From: Chiloscyllium plagiosum
Lineage: Eukaryota
Assembly (NCBI RefSeq): GCF_004010195.1
Contig: NC_057719.1
Span: 23,546,313-23,610,312, forward strand
Direction of reading: 5' to 3'
DNA: 64,000 bases
Shown: one piece after another, positions 61,840 through 64,000 of the stretch
Layout: each line of letters begins with the position of its first letter
Position numbering within the stretch: position 1 is the first letter of the stretch
The notes under the pieces: generated by a model
The model's input: only the letters and a program-made list of their open reading frames with translations
Databases searched by the model: none
What the model was told of the DNA's origin: nothing
Program-made: the position numbers and the translations under genes

Positions 61840-62391
61840 AGTTAAAAATCACACAACACCAGATTATAGTCCAACATGTTTAGTTGGAAGCACTAGCTTT
61901 CGGAGTGCTGCTCCTTCATCAGGTGGTTGTGGAGAATAAGATTGTAAGACACAGAATTTATAGCAAAAGTTTACAGTGTGATGTAACTGAAATTATATAT
62001 TGAAAAAAACCCAGATTGTTTGTTAAGTCTCTCATCTTTTAGAATGACCATGTTGATTTCAGTTCTTTCATATGTAAATCACAAAACCTTTTTTAAGAGT
62101 TACATTCTCAGGTGCACTTTAACAATTGGTGTCATTTCGGTCCAGATAATGTATTGAAGGCTGTCTGTGCCACAATGGTCAGACTGATTCTGATCTAAAA
62201 AATTGATTTACAGAATCTTACATGGATTCATGCAGTTTTTGAGCAAAGTAAAATGTAATTCTGCAAGTACAAATTCACCCCACAAACTTATATGTGTATT
62301 TGTGCATGTGGATGTGTGTGTGTAAGTGTGGGGGGGTGGGGTGGGTTTTGAGTGTCTATGCGAGGATGTGTGTATGTGTGTGAGTGACCCA
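61840..62391 (-). mobile_element. PLE pLTR (Neptune-type) insertion
   Basis: TSD TTACAGAGATAA at 61828-61839 and 62392-62403; homologous to 3646-4030. Confidence 0.93.
61891..61925 (-). ncRNA. Minimal type-I hammerhead ribozyme motif, canonical core
   Basis: Reverse complement CAC-CTGATGA-[A GGAG CAGCA CTCC]-GAAAGCTA-GTG; stem I CAC/GTG, palindromic AGCT, predicted cleavage after CUA. Confidence 0.8.
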
Positions 62392-63214
62392 TTACAGAGA
62401 TAAGGTTGTGTCTGGGATGGATGCTGTTCAGTATGGACTCAATGGGCAAAATAGCCTGCTTTTGCACTGTAGGGATTCTATAATTCTAAGCCAATGACAC
62501 TCTCCCCTGTATCAAGCTTAAAAGTATTGAGAAGACCATTGACACAAACAACTTCTAGCAAATTAGAGTCAATTGGATCACTAGTTTTCCCTAGGAATAC
62601 ATTGGGATTTTCTCAAATGCTAGAAGTCCGAATCCATTAACTTCTCTGTAGGAGTAAGTATTTAAGTATTTGTTGCCAATTGTACCTGCATCCTATTTCT
62701 ACACATCTTCTGGAAGTGACCTATCATTTTATATATGTCACATTCTTGCCTTAGTTTGGCACAGCTTGTGCTTCAGAGCCTTTTTCATTAAAACATGCTT
62801 CACAAGAAAATGATCAAATCCCATTTAACAATAAAGGGACATAAGAGGATATTAGGACAGGTGACCAAAACCTTGAAATGCGCGTGGTTGCTGACGGGAG
62901 ATTCAGACATGATGGCCTAGTAACCTGAAGGCATGGCCTCACTGTGATGTGTTTAACATTGGGAAAGTATAAGAGCAGAGTGGAGCAGGGAAACGTTATA
63001 GAGGAGATTGTAAGATTGTTAGAGGTGACAAATATAAAGTTTTTTATACACGGAGAGATTTGAATAAAAATATTTAACAGACATATTGCTGGACCCTAAT
63101 TCAATTAACTACAAGCACAATGGTGGTGGATGAATTAGTCTTGCGATGCAGATGTGAGAGTCATGGATGAACCGAAGCTAACAGAGAGTAGGATGGTAGT
63201 CCAAGTAGGAAAAC

Positions 63215-63550
63215 GTTGTAAAAGACAAATTAATGAAGGCAGACAAGATTCTGGTGTTAATCTTTCGAGGAATGCAATATAAAAGAAGATAATATTAAAC
63301 TGATATTAAACATTTGTTAGACTACATTGAGCTGAAGAAACTTTGAAGACAATGCATTGCATTCTGAATTACAGTACTTTGTGCATTTTCCCTCCCTGTA
63401 TTATAAATCTGATGTTGAAGCACTGGAGAAAGCAGAGGAAGTATTTGCAAGGATCTTACTAAGTTTGAAAGGATGTAACTATCAAATCAGGAAATTGTTC
63501 AGGCTGGAGTTCTTTTCTTTGAAAAAGCAAGGACTAAGAGGTAATCAGAC
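63215..63550 (+). mobile_element. Old CR1 ORF2 C-terminal fragment
   Basis: LQYFVHFPSLYYKSDVEALEKAEEVFARIL...FFSLKKQGLRG. Confidence 0.7.
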
Positions 63551-63764
63551 ACATTGAATTGAATTCTTTTTGGAGCTTGCTGATGAGAGCAAACGCAGGA
63601 ACTGGTTCCCTGCCAGTGGGCAGCACAGCCTGAGATATGGGAGTGGCATTTTTCTGGCAACGTCCTTTAAAAGGATCCTCTCCAGGTTTGACAGTGACCC
63701 TTCCCAGTGGGCAGGTAAAATTAAGCCAAATGAGGGGATAACTAAAATTTTTGAAGACATTTCG

Positions 63765-64000
63765 AAGAGGTAAATTGTGTCTCATAAACTGGATTGAGTT
63801 TTTTAAGGAAGTGATCAAAAAGATTGATGAGGGCAGAGCGGTGGATGGTGTTTACTTGGTTTTTAGTAAAGTCTTTGACAAGGTTCCACATGGTAGACTA
63901 ATAAGTAAAGTTAGATCACATAGGCTTCAGGGAGAGCTTACCAACCTGGATACAAAATGGCATTATAGTAAAAGACATGAGGGTAGTGCTAGAAGGTTGT
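63765..64000 (+). mobile_element. CR1 RT fragment running off the window end
   Basis: CLINWIEFFKEVIKKIDEGRAVDGVYLVFSKVFDKVPHGRLISKVRSH. Confidence 0.9.

Larger units (their letters stand above)
61632..62488 (+). mobile_element. HE1-type V-SINE split by a PLE insertion
   Basis: tggcacagtgtttagtattgctgcttcacagcaccagggacctgggtttgattcc head; tail cactgtagggattctataattcta. Confidence 0.88.
61428..62800 (-). pseudogene. Gypsy gag-protease fossil, interrupted by an HE1 SINE
   Basis: 62763-62701 translates CAKLRQECDIYKMIGHFQKMC (degenerate zinc knuckle); 62600-62490 VFLG...VNGLLNTFKLDTGESV (aspartic protease); continues below 61628 (...YAIYDQLFSLTACLDL). Not in the ORF track. Confidence 0.8.

Overview
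Eukaryotic, repeat-dominated vertebrate genomic DNA. The repeat complement (HE1-type V-SINEs, HER1/CR1 LINEs with (TCTATGAC)n tails, DeuSINEs) points to a shark or other elasmobranch; this is inference from repeat families. No intact host gene is recognisable, so the window looks intronic or intergenic, with two candidate + strand exons (12785-12909, 54174-54228) and one 360-N assembly gap. Contents: many CR1 LINE copies of several ages, an older CR1-group (L2/Crack-like) LINE with a partner tRNA-SINE, RTE and Rex/Babar fragments, Gypsy gag-pro and integrase fossils, a solo LTR, and more than 20 Penelope-like element (PLE) insertions from at least four families. The most striking structure is in the PLEs. 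They carry minimal type-I hammerhead ribozyme motifs, several with intact cores. Many short copies are palindromic insertions with 9-16 bp target-site duplications (TSDs), a one-sided ~30-40 nt extension, and breakpoints clustered at the ribozyme. Two local templated inverted duplications (175 bp and 140 bp) and a possible Crypton fossil are also present. Repeat boundaries were read by eye and are approximate (about +/-10-30 bp) unless a TSD is quoted. Family names come from recalled motifs, not database searches.
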